Notes: generated from the letters alone by a model not told the origin. DNA of 64,000 bases from Waterburya sp. (GCA_965217895.1 CBDCJV010000002.1:2304001-2368000), one strand, 5' to 3'. Positions 21,781 to 32,349 are shown, numbered from the stretch's first letter. Translations and numbers: made by a program.

Positions 21781-23361
21781 ATGGGTAAAATTACTAAACA
21801 TTTTCGATTGTGGAGCAGTTTTCGACCTTCACTAAATCAAAAATTAATTAATAAGTCTGCCTCTATTGAGCCAATTGTTCTAGATAAAACAATTCCTAAA
21901 ATCACTTCAAGTTTGATTATTAGCTTTATAACTATTTTAGCTAGCCTCCAGCCATTGAGCGTTAAACCTGCTCAAGCTGCTTCTGGCCCTTATTGTCATT
22001 TTACTGCCGACAAAGTTGAGGCAAAAGAAAAGCTGTTAAAAGCCTCTTTAGAAGGAGATCAAACCGCTAGCCAAGAGTATCAAGAAATTGTGCAAAAGCA
22101 CGCTCAAATGCTACAGCTATGTCGTAGTCAGACTTGGCCAGCAGAAGAGGCAATTTGGTTGCGTCTTTATCCCTGTGACGTAACTGCTGGTTCAATAGAT
22201 TCTGTACTAGACCGTATCGTCAATCTCGGCTACAACAAAATACATTTAGAAGTTTTTTACGATAGTCAAGTTCTTTTGCCGCCTGGAGATAATCCTACTC
22301 CTTGGATACCAGTAGTGCGATCGCCTGGAGCAGAAAATGCTGATTTACTAAAGCAAACTATTGATAAGGCACATCAACGAGGTATAAAAGTCTACGCTTG
22401 GTTATTTACCATGAACTATGGCTATACCTATGCCCAGCTTCGCGATCGCCAAGAAGCATTGGCTCGCAATGGACAAGGTTCAAATAGTCTTACTTTTGTT
22501 AACGATCGCGCTCAGGCATTTGTCGATCCTTATTCCCCTCAAGCACAAGCGGATTACTATAATTTGCTGCAGGCAGTCCTCAAACGCCAGCCAGACGGTG
22601 TTTTATTTGATTACGTTCGTTACCCTCAAGGTACAGGTGGACAGTCCTATGTTCATAACGTCCGAGATTTATGGATTTATGGTAAATCCTCTCTTGAGGC
22701 TTTGTACAATAGAGCCACCAACAAAAAAGGATTAGCCGTAATCAAAAAATATGTAGAAACTGGCAATTTTACCGCTCAGGATCTCAAAAATATCGATCGG
22801 CAATATCCCCAAGAAAAAGATCCAAGCTGGCAGGGTAGTCGTAATCTGCCTGACTCTAAAGCAACTCTCCAGTCACGCTATCTTAGCTTGAGCCAACAAC
22901 TCTGGGTCTTATCTGTAGCTCATGCAGCACAAGGTGTACTTGATTTTCTGTCTTTTGCTGCTAAACCTGTTCAAGATCGAGGCATTCCCGCAGGAGCAGT
23001 CTTTTTTCCTGAGGGTAATCGTTTAATAGGTAAAAATAGCTTTGATTCTCGTCTCCAGGCTTGGGATAAATTTCCTCCAGACTTAGAGTGGCATCCTATG
23101 TCTTATGCTCTGTGTGAAGAAAAGACAGATTGTATTGCCAAGCAGGTAGAAAGTGTTTTAAAAATAGCCCCCAAGACAACAAAAGTTGTTCCTTCTTTAG
23201 CTGGTGCCTGGGGTAAAGTTTATCGCAACCATCCCCCCTTAGAAGCTCAGATGGAAGCATTACGCAAGGCAACTCCAGAAATTAATTCTGTTAGTCATTT
23301 TGGCTATTCCTGGCAAGAGCCAAATCACGATCGCCAACGAAATTCATGTAATTTACTTTAA
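21781..23361 (+). CDS. Exported GHL10/DUF187-like glycosyl hydrolase family protein
   Basis: Signal/anchor helix ending AQA; TIM-barrel-like motifs 'AHQRGIKVYAW' and 'PDGVLFDYVRYP'. Confidence 0.75.
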   Translation: MGKITKHFRLWSSFRPSLNQKLINKSASIEPIVLDKTIPKITSSLIISFITILASLQPLSVKPAQAASGPYCHFTADKVEAKEKLLKASLEGDQTASQEYQEIVQKHAQMLQLCRSQTWPAEEAIWLRLYPCDVTAGSIDSVLDRIVNLGYNKIHLEVFYDSQVLLPPGDNPTPWIPVVRSPGAENADLLKQTIDKAHQRGIKVYAWLFTMNYGYTYAQLRDRQEALARNGQGSNSLTFVNDRAQAFVDPYSPQAQADYYNLLQAVLKRQPDGVLFDYVRYPQGTGGQSYVHNVRDLWIYGKSSLEALYNRATNKKGLAVIKKYVETGNFTAQDLKNIDRQYPQEKDPSWQGSRNLPDSKATLQSRYLSLSQQLWVLSVAHAAQGVLDFLSFAAKPVQDRGIPAGAVFFPEGNRLIGKNSFDSRLQAWDKFPPDLEWHPMSYALCEEKTDCIAKQVESVLKIAPKTTKVVPSLAGAWGKVYRNHPPLEAQMEALRKATPEINSVSHFGYSWQEPNHDRQRNSCNLL

Positions 23362-23414
23362 AATTTTTATTTATTCTGTGCATCTGTTATGATAGTTAGC
23401 GTCGCATACAAAGA

Positions 23415-23496
23415 GCGGATGTGGCGGAATTGGTAGACGCGCTAGATTTAGGTTCTAGTGTTTTCGGACGTGAAGGTTCAAGTCCTTTCATCCGCA
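23415..23496 (+). tRNA. trnL-UAG: tRNA-Leu (anticodon TAG); no intron, CCA not encoded
   Basis: GCGGATG acceptor stem pairs with CATCCGC; D-loop GGAATTGGTAGAC; anticodon arm CTAGA-TTTAGGT-TCTAG; long variable arm; GGTTCAAGTCC T-arm. Confidence 0.97.
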
Positions 23497-23810
23497 CTCT
23501 CACTAACGTTCGAGTCTTAGGGCTTTTCACTATCATGTCCTAAGACACCAGAACGGAATTTTGCTTAAAACTGAATATAACAAAAAGCTGAAGGCTAATA
23601 AATAGGATACATAGATACCCCAGTTTTTAAGGCGGTTAATATAAGCAGCGAAAAAAGAGGCTGGCATTGTATCATCCCTTAAGCATTTTTTCTCGCCTTC
23701 CTCTTTCATAATTACTCCTAAATGTGTTGATACTTCTAAAGCGTTGAACAAAGTGTTTAACGCTTTCTCGATACGCCTACGTCTCTTCCTCTTACGAGAA
23801 TGCTTATCTT

Positions 23811-23882
23811 TTCATCAGCTAAAACTAATTTGGGCTGGTTGGCTAAGGCTCTGGCGATCGCAACTCGTTGTTTTTGTCCTCT
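23811..23882 (-). pseudogene. About 23-codon shard of an ABC-transporter ATPase (DevA/LolD-like)
   Basis: GQKQRVAIARALANQPKLVLADE (signature to Walker B) embedded in unrelated sequence. Confidence 0.7.
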
Positions 23883-23984
23883 TGGGTCAGAGTATTCTGT
23901 CTCAACAGGCGAGTGGAACAAGCCCCCCATACTTGGTAGGGCTGTTTCATTCGCCAAAGTATGAAGTATTCTTTCTGCCTTCAT

Positions 23985-24683
23985 TTAAGGGCGATAAAAG
24001 TTATCGTGGAAAAGTTCATAGCATTCACAGGCAGTGTCTTCTAAACCTGACCGAGTTAAAACAGTAATTTTGCCACGAGTATAACTTATCAACCCTGCCT
24101 TTTGAAAAATCCCTGCTGCTATGGTTACGCCCGAACGACGAACTCCAAGCATATTACTAATAAATTCCTGAGTCAGAGGGAACTCGTTAGATTGAGTTAA
24201 ATCTTGAACCGTCAGCAGCCAACGAGCCAAACGCTCTTCTATTGTATGATGACCATTGCAAACTGCTAGTTGGGCAGTCTCATCTAGTCTGGTTTGAGCG
24301 TAGTTTAACAATATTCTTTGTAACTCTCCTCCTCGGTCAAACTCCCGTTTCAAAACTAGAGCAGAAATCTTCATCGCTCCGTCTGGTACTTGAACAATGG
24401 CGCGCTGACTACTATAACTATTGCTGAGAATAACTGGAAGACCGATCATTCCCGTACCGCCAATTAGACCAATTTCGGTGCTGATGCCGTTACTCAGTAT
24501 AGAAACCAGAGAAATCAGCGCAGTATTGGGAAAATAAACGGTTTCGATCTTTTCTGAAGCTTCGTAGAAAACAGTTCCCACAGGAAGAGAGACAGGCGTT
24601 AAGTAAGGCTCTAGTCGCTGGTATTCAATTTTTGGCAAAGCTGCCAAAAGACGATTAGCCGAGTGCAAATGATCTTGAAACAC
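23985..24683 (-). CDS. Crp/Fnr family transcriptional regulator
   Basis: cNMP-binding-like N-terminal domain; 'ERLARWLL...LTQEFISNMLGVRRSGVT' HTH; CECY tail. Confidence 0.92.
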   Translation of the reverse strand: MFQDHLHSANRLLAALPKIEYQRLEPYLTPVSLPVGTVFYEASEKIETVYFPNTALISLVSILSNGISTEIGLIGGTGMIGLPVILSNSYSSQRAIVQVPDGAMKISALVLKREFDRGGELQRILLNYAQTRLDETAQLAVCNGHHTIEERLARWLLTVQDLTQSNEFPLTQEFISNMLGVRRSGVTIAAGIFQKAGLISYTRGKITVLTRSGLEDTACECYELFHDNFYRP

Positions 24684-24776
24684 AAGAAAAATCCTCTTAT
24701 ATTGTGCTGCTGCTAAAAAAAGCTAACGGCACAAAAAGGAAACTCGTGTTTAAATTCCTATGTCGCCAAATCTTAC

Positions 24777-24825
24777 AAGCATACCGATCATAACTCGATT
24801 CCACTGACTTGTGATCGGTATGCTT
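24777..24825 (-). terminator. Inverted repeat downstream of 24840-25217 and upstream of the Crp gene
   Basis: AAGCATACCGATCA...TGATCGGTATGCTT, 14-bp arms. Confidence 0.55.
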
Positions 24826-24839
24826 AGAAGAGGTCTACT

Positions 24840-25217
24840 TTAAAATTTATCTTTATTGGCTTGCCAAACTTGCCGCAAAAATTTATTCAAATATTGGCGA
24901 TTCGATGCTTTAGGCATCAATGTCTCATCAGCATCCTTTAATCTACTCAGTAAAGAAATAACTTCAGTATCTAAAGCGGGTCTAAATAAATTCATTGGCC
25001 ACAGTAAATCAGATCCAGACTGTAGATCGATTATTTGATTAACGTTCATGCGATCGCAGCTTAGTTCAACTAGGCACATTGATCTGAACCAGCATAATTT
25101 GCGGTCAGGTATTAACTGAATTACTTCTCCATAAAGGCAATTATGCTGATATTCTAAGCAGATGATTTGATTTGTTTTAAAAAGCAAATCTGAAGCATTA
25201 GATACAATGTCTCTCAT
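24840..25217 (-). CDS. Conserved cyanobacterial hypothetical protein
   Basis: 125-aa ORF; 'LYGEVIQ...LCWFR...DLLWPMNLFRPALDTEV' looks conserved. Confidence 0.7.
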   Translation of the reverse strand: MRDIVSNASDLLFKTNQIICLEYQHNCLYGEVIQLIPDRKLCWFRSMCLVELSCDRMNVNQIIDLQSGSDLLWPMNLFRPALDTEVISLLSRLKDADETLMPKASNRQYLNKFLRQVWQANKDKF

Positions 25218-25476
25218 AGTAAATTTAGCTGTGAAGCTGCATTGTTTTATTAACGGTCAGAGATTAAGTTTATTTATTGTTGGCTTAATTATCACGCTAT
25301 AAAAATAGCTGTATTTAACCCATGCTTATTATAAATAGAGCATATACAACAATTGGAAGTAGTTGTTGCCTAATTAAACCTTTTCCATCTCAAGATGCGA
25401 TCGCTAAAACAGCAATTATTGATATTTAAGCTGTTTTTTAGAGTTCAAATTACAACGCCGATTAACGCTTTGTTAT

Positions 25477-26010
25477 TTACCCTAAGAGATAGCCTGATTC
25501 TTTTAGTTTACTAATTATTTTATCTACGCTTTGGGATATTTCTTCCAAATCGGTACGACACTCTACTTCAGGATTTGTTGGTGGTTCGTAAGGATCATCA
25601 ATACCAGTAAATTGCTTTATTTCTCCTGCTCGGACTTTCTTATAAAGTCCTTTTACATCACGATCTTCGCAAACAGAAAGAGGAGCATTGACAAATACCT
25701 CGACAAAGCTATTAATGTTTGCCCGCATTTCTTCTCTAATAGCGCGATAAGGTGAAATTACAGGAACTAAAACAATGACTCCATTTCGAGCTAAGAGTTT
25801 GGCAACAAATCCAATTCTGCGAATGTTAGTATCTCTGTCTTCCTTGGAAAACCCTAAGTCTTTGGTTAAGTTTTCTCTAATTTCGTCGCCATCTAGAACC
25901 TCAAGCTGATACCCCTGAGATTTTAGTTCATTAGTAAGTGCATCTGCAATAGTACTTTTGCCCGCACCACTAAAGCCTGTAAACCAGACGGCCACACCAC
26001 GTTGATTCAT
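25477..26010 (-). CDS. cysC: Adenylyl-sulfate kinase
   Basis: WFTGFSGAGKST P-loop; LDGDEIR; RDVKGLY; FTGIDDPYE. Confidence 0.96.
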   Translation of the reverse strand: MNQRGVAVWFTGFSGAGKSTIADALTNELKSQGYQLEVLDGDEIRENLTKDLGFSKEDRDTNIRRIGFVAKLLARNGVIVLVPVISPYRAIREEMRANINSFVEVFVNAPLSVCEDRDVKGLYKKVRAGEIKQFTGIDDPYEPPTNPEVECRTDLEEISQSVDKIISKLKESGYLLG

Positions 26011-26191
26011 AATTGTTTATATTCTTTAATATGTTTTTATACTCCACAATATACTACCTTGGAATGCGCTTAGAGAATGTCTAAATAAGATAGAGCAGTT
26101 CATCCAACTCAATCGACTCGCATTTTTTACATTTTAAAGTTTTAAAACTCAAATCTAGATAAAATGTAAGCGTTATAATCCTTATGTTGCT

Positions 26192-26647
26192 ATGATTAAC
26201 GCGCCTATTTTTCATTTAGCTATACCGATCGACGATATTACTGAGGCAAAGCAATTTTATGGAGCAAGTTTAGGCTGTGAGATAGGCAGAGAGAACAAAG
26301 CAGCCGTAATTTTTAACTTTTACGGAACTCAACTGGTTGGTCATATCTCGCACCAGAAATTAGACAGACAGCCAGGAATTTATCCGCGACATTTAGGCTT
26401 AATTTTACCTTCTATGTTAGATTGGCAAACAATTTGCGATCGCGCTCGGCAAAAGCAGCTTACATTTTACGAACAGCCAAAACTACGTTTTCCTCAGCAA
26501 TTATTGGAACACCATAGTTTTTTTCTCGAAGATCCTTTTCATAATCTACTGGAATTTAAATACTATAGCGATTCATCAGTAATCTTTGGTGGACGCGAAT
26601 CAAATTTGATTGGCGAGACTGCTATACAAAACAAACATCACAGCTAA
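26192..26647 (+). CDS. VOC/glyoxalase family protein
   Basis: FHLAIP...FYG..LGC, PRHLG, FLEDPFHNLLEFK. Confidence 0.88.
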   Translation: MINAPIFHLAIPIDDITEAKQFYGASLGCEIGRENKAAVIFNFYGTQLVGHISHQKLDRQPGIYPRHLGLILPSMLDWQTICDRARQKQLTFYEQPKLRFPQQLLEHHSFFLEDPFHNLLEFKYYSDSSVIFGGRESNLIGETAIQNKHHS

Positions 26648-26658
26648 TGCTGATTGAT

Positions 26659-27495
26659 TTAAGCACTACCACCAACGGTCATGATTAAGAACATCATAAT
26701 TAATACTGTGAAAACTCCCAATAAAAAGCTAGCAATGAATAAAAAGTGTTGTCGTCTTTGACTAGCAAATTTAGGCATCAAACTATTGCGATAGCTATTA
26801 ATTCTACTACTACTAGTAAGCCGCTTGTCTTTTTTAAGCTTTGATTTGATTTCTTGTTGAACTTGCGAATACTGATTAGTTAGATTAATAATAGTATTTT
26901 CCTGGGATTTGATCGTTTCCTGTAGTCGAAATAAACCTGAAGTTAGATTAGATAAAACATGGTTCATTTCCGATGTCTCAGCCGAGTTGGCTGAGTTGGC
27001 AGAATTATTCTCAACTAATACTCCAACTTTACTGGGGATTTTTTGAGGCTTCAAAATATGGGTATCTGACTGCAAGCTGTGATGTTGAGAACTATCCCAA
27101 TTACCGAGAATTGGTCCAATCTGGAAGAAGCCTTTCTCGGTTAGACGGATAATAGTTGCAATGTCTTTAACGCTAGTATTTTTTAAAATATAACCCCTAG
27201 CACCTGCCTGAAGTGCTAAATTCAACTGTCGCCGATCGTCTTGACTAGTTAACAACAAAACTCTACTCTCAGGATAGCGACTAGAAATTGTCTTGGTTGC
27301 AGCTATGCCGTCTATATTGCCTGGCATTTCGATATCCATTAACACGATATCAGGCTGATGTTCTCCCACCTGGGCGATCGCACTTTGACCATTATCTGCC
27401 AAACCAATTACTTCTATGTCTGGTTCGCTAGATAAATTGATTTTTAAAAACTCTCTTATACTCCCTAAATCGTCAACTATTAGAACTGTAGTCAT
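26659..27495 (-). CDS. Atypical response regulator (REC domain, coiled coil, C-terminal TM helix)
   Basis: VLIVDD...PDIVLMD...GARGYILK receiver; no HTH; hydrophobic C-terminus. Confidence 0.85.
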   Translation of the reverse strand: MTTVLIVDDLGSIREFLKINLSSEPDIEVIGLADNGQSAIAQVGEHQPDIVLMDIEMPGNIDGIAATKTISSRYPESRVLLLTSQDDRRQLNLALQAGARGYILKNTSVKDIATIIRLTEKGFFQIGPILGNWDSSQHHSLQSDTHILKPQKIPSKVGVLVENNSANSANSAETSEMNHVLSNLTSGLFRLQETIKSQENTIINLTNQYSQVQQEIKSKLKKDKRLTSSSRINSYRNSLMPKFASQRRQHFLFIASFLLGVFTVLIMMFLIMTVGGSA

Positions 27496-27979
27496 GATGA
27501 TAAAAATTTTAAATAGATAAATTGATAAGTATTTTCTTAAGTCTGTTTTTTAAAATGATTGATTACAAATTGCTATAAATACAGGACTGTAAAGAAGACT
27601 TAAAAATATTAGGTTAAAGAATAAATTTTCTAGATTGCTTATTTTAGGTATGCTTGAGCCTCTAATCATTTCGTAGTTTAAAGCTTAACTGCCAATTGCT
27701 CAACTAATTTGCTCCCAAGCGTAAGTCTATGCACATTAGTTTTTTGTTGATGGAAAAATAGTCTACCAAATGTTGCTAAAAATTACTACACATTTGTCAA
27801 ATCTAATTAGTAATAAGGAGAAACTTCATCAAACTGCAATCAATATTTAACACAGAAAAAATATCTGAGCGCATTTGGATTTATTAATCATATAATATAA
27901 CTTGTATAGAAAATGCAATAAAAGTAAACAAAACAAAATATTTTTTTCCAGTGCATTTCAAAATTATAGGAGATAGTGT

Positions 27980-29692
27980 ATGTTGCGACTCGAACACATC
28001 AGCAAAATTTACCCAACGGGAGAGGTTTTAAAAGATGTCACTTGGGAAGTTAAACCTGGAGAAAGAGTTGGTTTAGTTGGAGTCAATGGTGCAGGAAAAT
28101 CCACTCAACTAAAAATTATCAGCGGCGAAGTTGAAGCCACATCAGGGGAAGTAGTTCGCCCTAATAGTTTGAAGATTGCCTATTTGACTCAAGAATTTGA
28201 GGTAGAGCCGACGCGAACAGTTTACGAAGAGTTTTGGACAGTATTTACTGAGGCCAACGCTACTCAACAAAAGATGAATCAAATTCATCAGGAAATGGAA
28301 AAAGCCACTCCTGAAGAGTTAAATAAACTAATTGATCGGCTAGACAAGCTACAGCGCAAATTTGAGGCTTTAGACGGCTATACTTTAGATGCTCAAATAG
28401 AAAAGATTTTGCCCGAAATGGGCTTTACCACAGAAGATGGCGATCGCCTGGTAAGCTCTTATAGTGGAGGCTGGCAGATGCGCATGAGTTTGGGTAAGAT
28501 ACTCCTGCAAGAGCCAGACTTACTGCTGCTGGATGAGCCTACCAACCATCTAGACCTAGAAACAATTGAGTGGCTAGAAAACTACCTGCGCGGGATTAAT
28601 ACACCGATGGTGATCGTCTCCCATGACCGCGAATTTCTAGACCGTCTTTGTACAAAAATCGTCGAGACAGAACGAGGAATTTCTACTACTTATTTAGGTA
28701 ATTATTCGGCTTATCTCCAGCAAAAAGCAGAGACGCAAATAGCTCAAGGAGCAACTTATGAGCGACAGCAAAAAGAAATGGCTAAGCAGCAGGAATTTAT
28801 CGAAAAGTTTCGAGCTAGTGCTACCCGTAGTACTCAAGCTAAAAGCAGAGAAAAGCAGTTAGACAAAGTAGAATTAGTCGAAGCACCTGTTGCTGGCTTG
28901 AGAACGCTAAAATTCCGTTTTCCTCCTTCTCCTAGAAGCGGTAGGGAAGTAATCGCCATTAAAGATCTAGTTCATGCTTACAACAGCGATATTTTGTTTT
29001 TAGGAGCAGAATTAACCATCGAAAGAGGCGATCGCATTGCCATCTTAGGACCAAATGGTGCAGGAAAATCCACTCTGTTACGTATGATTATGGGAATGGA
29101 AAAGTTTGACGAAGGAGAAGTGGAAATTGGCAAACACAACGTAATTCCTGGCTATTTTGAACAGAATCAAGCAGAAGCTCTAGACATGGATAAAACTGTC
29201 ATGAACACGATTCATGATGAAGTTCCTGACTGGAAGAACGAACAGGTGCGTACTTTATTAGGACAGTTTTTGTTTAGTGGCGAAACCGCCTTTAAAAAAG
29301 TCGCTGCTTTAAGCGGAGGCGAAAAAGCGCGTTTGGCTTTAGCCAAAATGCTCTTGACTCCTGCTAATCTATTAATTTTAGATGAGCCGACTAATCATTT
29401 AGATATTCCTGCCAAAGAAATGCTGGAAGAAGCATTACAGCACTATGACGGTACGGTAGTCATTGTTTCTCACGATCGCTATTTTATTTCTCAAGCTGCT
29501 ACCAAAATTGTCGAGATTCGTGATGGAGAATTAATAGTATATCGAGGCGATTATCATTATTATTTAGATAAGATAGCCGAAGAAAAAGAAAAAGCGAGAC
29601 AAAAAGCAGAAGCCGAACAAAAGGCGGTTAAAAAAGCAGAGAAACAAGCCAAGCAGGCTACTAAAAAGAAACAAAAAAAAGCTAAAGCATAA
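27980..29692 (+). CDS. ABC-F family ATP-binding protein
   Basis: Two ABC cassettes (GVNGAGKST / GPNGAGKST; LLDEPTNHLD twice); no TM domain; Lys-rich tail. Confidence 0.95.
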   Translation: MLRLEHISKIYPTGEVLKDVTWEVKPGERVGLVGVNGAGKSTQLKIISGEVEATSGEVVRPNSLKIAYLTQEFEVEPTRTVYEEFWTVFTEANATQQKMNQIHQEMEKATPEELNKLIDRLDKLQRKFEALDGYTLDAQIEKILPEMGFTTEDGDRLVSSYSGGWQMRMSLGKILLQEPDLLLLDEPTNHLDLETIEWLENYLRGINTPMVIVSHDREFLDRLCTKIVETERGISTTYLGNYSAYLQQKAETQIAQGATYERQQKEMAKQQEFIEKFRASATRSTQAKSREKQLDKVELVEAPVAGLRTLKFRFPPSPRSGREVIAIKDLVHAYNSDILFLGAELTIERGDRIAILGPNGAGKSTLLRMIMGMEKFDEGEVEIGKHNVIPGYFEQNQAEALDMDKTVMNTIHDEVPDWKNEQVRTLLGQFLFSGETAFKKVAALSGGEKARLALAKMLLTPANLLILDEPTNHLDIPAKEMLEEALQHYDGTVVIVSHDRYFISQAATKIVEIRDGELIVYRGDYHYYLDKIAEEKEKARQKAEAEQKAVKKAEKQAKQATKKKQKKAKA

Positions 29693-29699
29693 AAAAGCA

Positions 29700-30158
29700 A
29701 TGGAATTGGAGCAACAGTTAGCAGCAATAATTAATGAAGCACCTAACTTTGGTGTACCAGCTATCGTCGCCGAAAAAGCGATCGCTCCTGTTCTAAAACT
29801 ATTTGCCGAGCAGTTAAAGTATTTAGAATACTATGTGCTGCAAAATCTTGAAGAGGATTGGGTTTTAACTACTATTGCTAATCCTCAAACATCTCAAGAA
29901 AAGCAGGTGATTTATGCTTTTGTTTCGGTTCAAGATGCTGCTACATCTCAAGGAAAAACTAACCCAGATCTAATTGCCATACCAATCTCTATTGTTCAGC
30001 TTTTGTTTAGGCTATTCTCTTTACAGCAGGTAGATAGCCTAATTTTTCTGGAAAATTCTCGCGATCTCAATCAAGGAGTAGAAATAAAAAGAGAACATCT
30101 AGCAAACTTAATCAAAACCCAAATTGAACATCTACAAACCCCGCCCAATCTTGCTTGA
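29700..30158 (+). CDS. Conserved cyanobacterial hypothetical protein
   Basis: 152-aa ORF 7 bp downstream of the ABC-F gene. Confidence 0.7.
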   Translation: MELEQQLAAIINEAPNFGVPAIVAEKAIAPVLKLFAEQLKYLEYYVLQNLEEDWVLTTIANPQTSQEKQVIYAFVSVQDAATSQGKTNPDLIAIPISIVQLLFRLFSLQQVDSLIFLENSRDLNQGVEIKREHLANLIKTQIEHLQTPPNLA

Positions 30159-30161
30159 TTT

Positions 30162-30190
30162 GGCGTTGCTGATTCAAATTATGAAACTCC
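30162..30190. mobile_element. Solo terminal repeat of the GGCGTTGCT MITE family
   Basis: GGCGTTGCTGATTCAAAT, identical to 30260-30277. Confidence 0.6.
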
Positions 30191-30259
30191 TACCTATACG
30201 CAAAAAGTCCTGCTAAAAAACAGGACTTAAGAAATTAGAAAATAGCTAAAAAACAATAT

Positions 30260-30435
30260 GGCGTTGCTGATTCAAATAATGACGTACAGAATATTACTGT
30301 TCGTAGCTTTTAGCTATTAGCTTTCAGGTATTCTTCATGTTCCAACAAAGTGAGAGATGGCGAGGAAACCTCGCCATCTCTCACTTTCAAATTAGGAAAT
30401 TAAAAACCTGTACAGCATTACAATTCAACAACGCC
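30260..30435. mobile_element. MITE (176 bp) with 8-bp target-site duplication
   Basis: TIRs GGCGTTGCTGATT / AATTCAACAACGCC; AACAATAT at 30252-30259 and 30436-30443; internal perfect hairpin AAAGTGAGAGATGGCGAGG-AAA-CCTCGCCATCTCTCACTTT. Confidence 0.8.
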
Positions 30436-30442
30436 AACAATA

Positions 30443-31519
30443 TTAACGAACAGTATCAGCTAATCGATCTACGCGAATTGGTTTGATAAAGTACATTTTG
30501 ATGAGTTGCGTGCCATTAGAAACATAGTGAGGTAGCTTACGCAAAAGCTTGATAGGTGCAGGAGAATTTGAACTAGCAATTTTAGTTAATTTCTCGTTAT
30601 TGTTCACACACTTTTCTAAACGCTGATAAAAATCAGGATGTTCTACATCTAAAACGACAGGAAACACTCTACCTGCGGTTTCGTTGGTTTTTTCAATGAC
30701 GTGCTTGTCATATTCTCTAGCATCCAAGCCCAAAGACTCATAAAAACCAGAGCGTTGAACATCATTCAGGTACATAGTCGCAAAGACTGACAGCAAAAAG
30801 AAACGACTCCATAATCTTGCTTTCCAGTCATTAAGAAACTGAGGCTGAGACTTCATGATTGCATCGAAGAAGTCACCGTGACGGTTTTCATCCTGACACC
30901 AATTTTCAAAGAAGCTGAAGATAGGATAAATCTCGTTTTCAGGATGCTGCTGTAGATGGCGGAAAATGGTAATGTAACGCCAGTAACCAATCTTCTCAGA
31001 AAGATAGGTTGCATAGAAAATAAACTTAGGCTTAAAGAAAGTATATTTGCGACTCTTAGTTAAAAACCCTAGGTCAAGTGAAAGATTAAAGTCAGATAAG
31101 GCTTTATTCAAGAAACCTGCATGACGAGCTTCATCTCGCGACATAAGGGTAAAGATTTCTGCCAATACTGGGCTTTTTCCTTTTAAACGTCTACCTAATT
31201 CTTTGTAAAGTAGAAAGCCAGAAAACTCAGCCGTACAAGAACGTTCGAGAAATTCAATAAAGAGCTTGCGAGTTTCGCCACTAATGCTATCCCAAGACTT
31301 TTGGAACTGCTCATCTCTGACAAAATGATGGCGATTATAGTCAATACGAAACTCTTCTAAGATTGCCCTTAGTTCATCTTCATTAACTGAGATGTCCATT
31401 TTAGCCATCTCTTCAAAATCGGTTGTATAAAAGCGAGGAGTGAGAATAGTTTCTGCCGCAGGAGATTTGACTCCAGGGCGTACTTCCTCGAACTGTGGTT
31501 TTTTAAGGCTATCTACCAT
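30443..31519 (-). CDS. acsF: Mg-protoporphyrin IX monomethyl ester oxidative cyclase
   Basis: [28 protein letters not shown] and DENRHGD di-iron motifs. Confidence 0.97.
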   Translation of the reverse strand: MVDSLKKPQFEEVRPGVKSPAAETILTPRFYTTDFEEMAKMDISVNEDELRAILEEFRIDYNRHHFVRDEQFQKSWDSISGETRKLFIEFLERSCTAEFSGFLLYKELGRRLKGKSPVLAEIFTLMSRDEARHAGFLNKALSDFNLSLDLGFLTKSRKYTFFKPKFIFYATYLSEKIGYWRYITIFRHLQQHPENEIYPIFSFFENWCQDENRHGDFFDAIMKSQPQFLNDWKARLWSRFFLLSVFATMYLNDVQRSGFYESLGLDAREYDKHVIEKTNETAGRVFPVVLDVEHPDFYQRLEKCVNNNEKLTKIASSNSPAPIKLLRKLPHYVSNGTQLIKMYFIKPIRVDRLADTVR

Positions 31520-31745
31520 TATTTTAAATACTTAACTTCTTTTTCTATTGAACAAACTGACTCTGTACAGTTGCCATCATTTAGGTGCTTGTAGATTAAC
31601 ATTCTCTAATAGTTACGTTATTCTGTGGCAGTTTGTTAACGAATATTAATCAGTTATTTGAAAGTTATTAGCCATTAGCTTTTATTTTTATCAAAATTAA
31701 ATATGATTTACCTATAGCGATCGCAATTTGACTCAAGTGACTTTA

Positions 31746-32315
31746 CTAGAAACTGAATATCTGTGCTGCTGTCAATGATAGTTGTACAAGAACGTTTGAA
31801 TAGATCGCCCGATCTTTTTCAAATACTGTTTCTTCATATAAACCATCTACCAAAGATAAAATTGTAATCTTGTTAATCTGAGGATCGACAATCCAATATT
31901 CTAAAATCCCTCTAGCAGCATACTCAGATCGCTTATATCTATAATCCCTATCTTCATTTGCTTTGCCAGGAGACACCACTTCGACAACTAAAACAGGAGA
32001 TGGCATATCAGAAGTGATAGTGGCACGTCTACCACCAATTGCTGCTAATAATTCCTCAGTTAGGATCATTAAGTCAGGAATCCTAACTCTAGTACGATTG
32101 CCTGTAACTACAATTTCCGTGTCTTTATGGCGGATGAGTTGAATCGGAATAAGTTTAAGAAACTCTGTAAGTAAATATAAAGCAATTAAATTGTTGCGAT
32201 CGCTTTCTGGAGGCATATTTACTAATATTCCATCTACTAATTCATAGCGATTATCTGTACCATCGTTGTATGCCAGATATTCTTCTAAAGTTAAATAAGC
32301 GTTAGTAGTTATCAT
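31746..32315 (-). CDS. Uma2 family (DUF820) putative endonuclease
   Basis: YELVDG, RIPDL, LVVEVVSP, K..EYA..GI.EYWIVDP. Confidence 0.92.
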   Translation of the reverse strand: MITTNAYLTLEEYLAYNDGTDNRYELVDGILVNMPPESDRNNLIALYLLTEFLKLIPIQLIRHKDTEIVVTGNRTRVRIPDLMILTEELLAAIGGRRATITSDMPSPVLVVEVVSPGKANEDRDYRYKRSEYAARGILEYWIVDPQINKITILSLVDGLYEETVFEKDRAIYSNVLVQLSLTAAQIFSF

Positions 32316-32349
32316 TATTTTGTGAGGTTAAGCATACGGTGAAAAGATT

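Noticed and set aside
23415..23496. Group I intron or att-site duplication at tRNA-Leu
   Set aside because: This is the UAG isoacceptor with a continuous anticodon arm; no repeat of its 3' end was seen in the window.
23533..24067. ORFs 23533-23751 (-), 23744-24067 (+) and full-length 23757-23984 (-)
   Set aside because: No recognisable domains apart from the 23-codon ABC shard; mutually overlapping and likely spurious.
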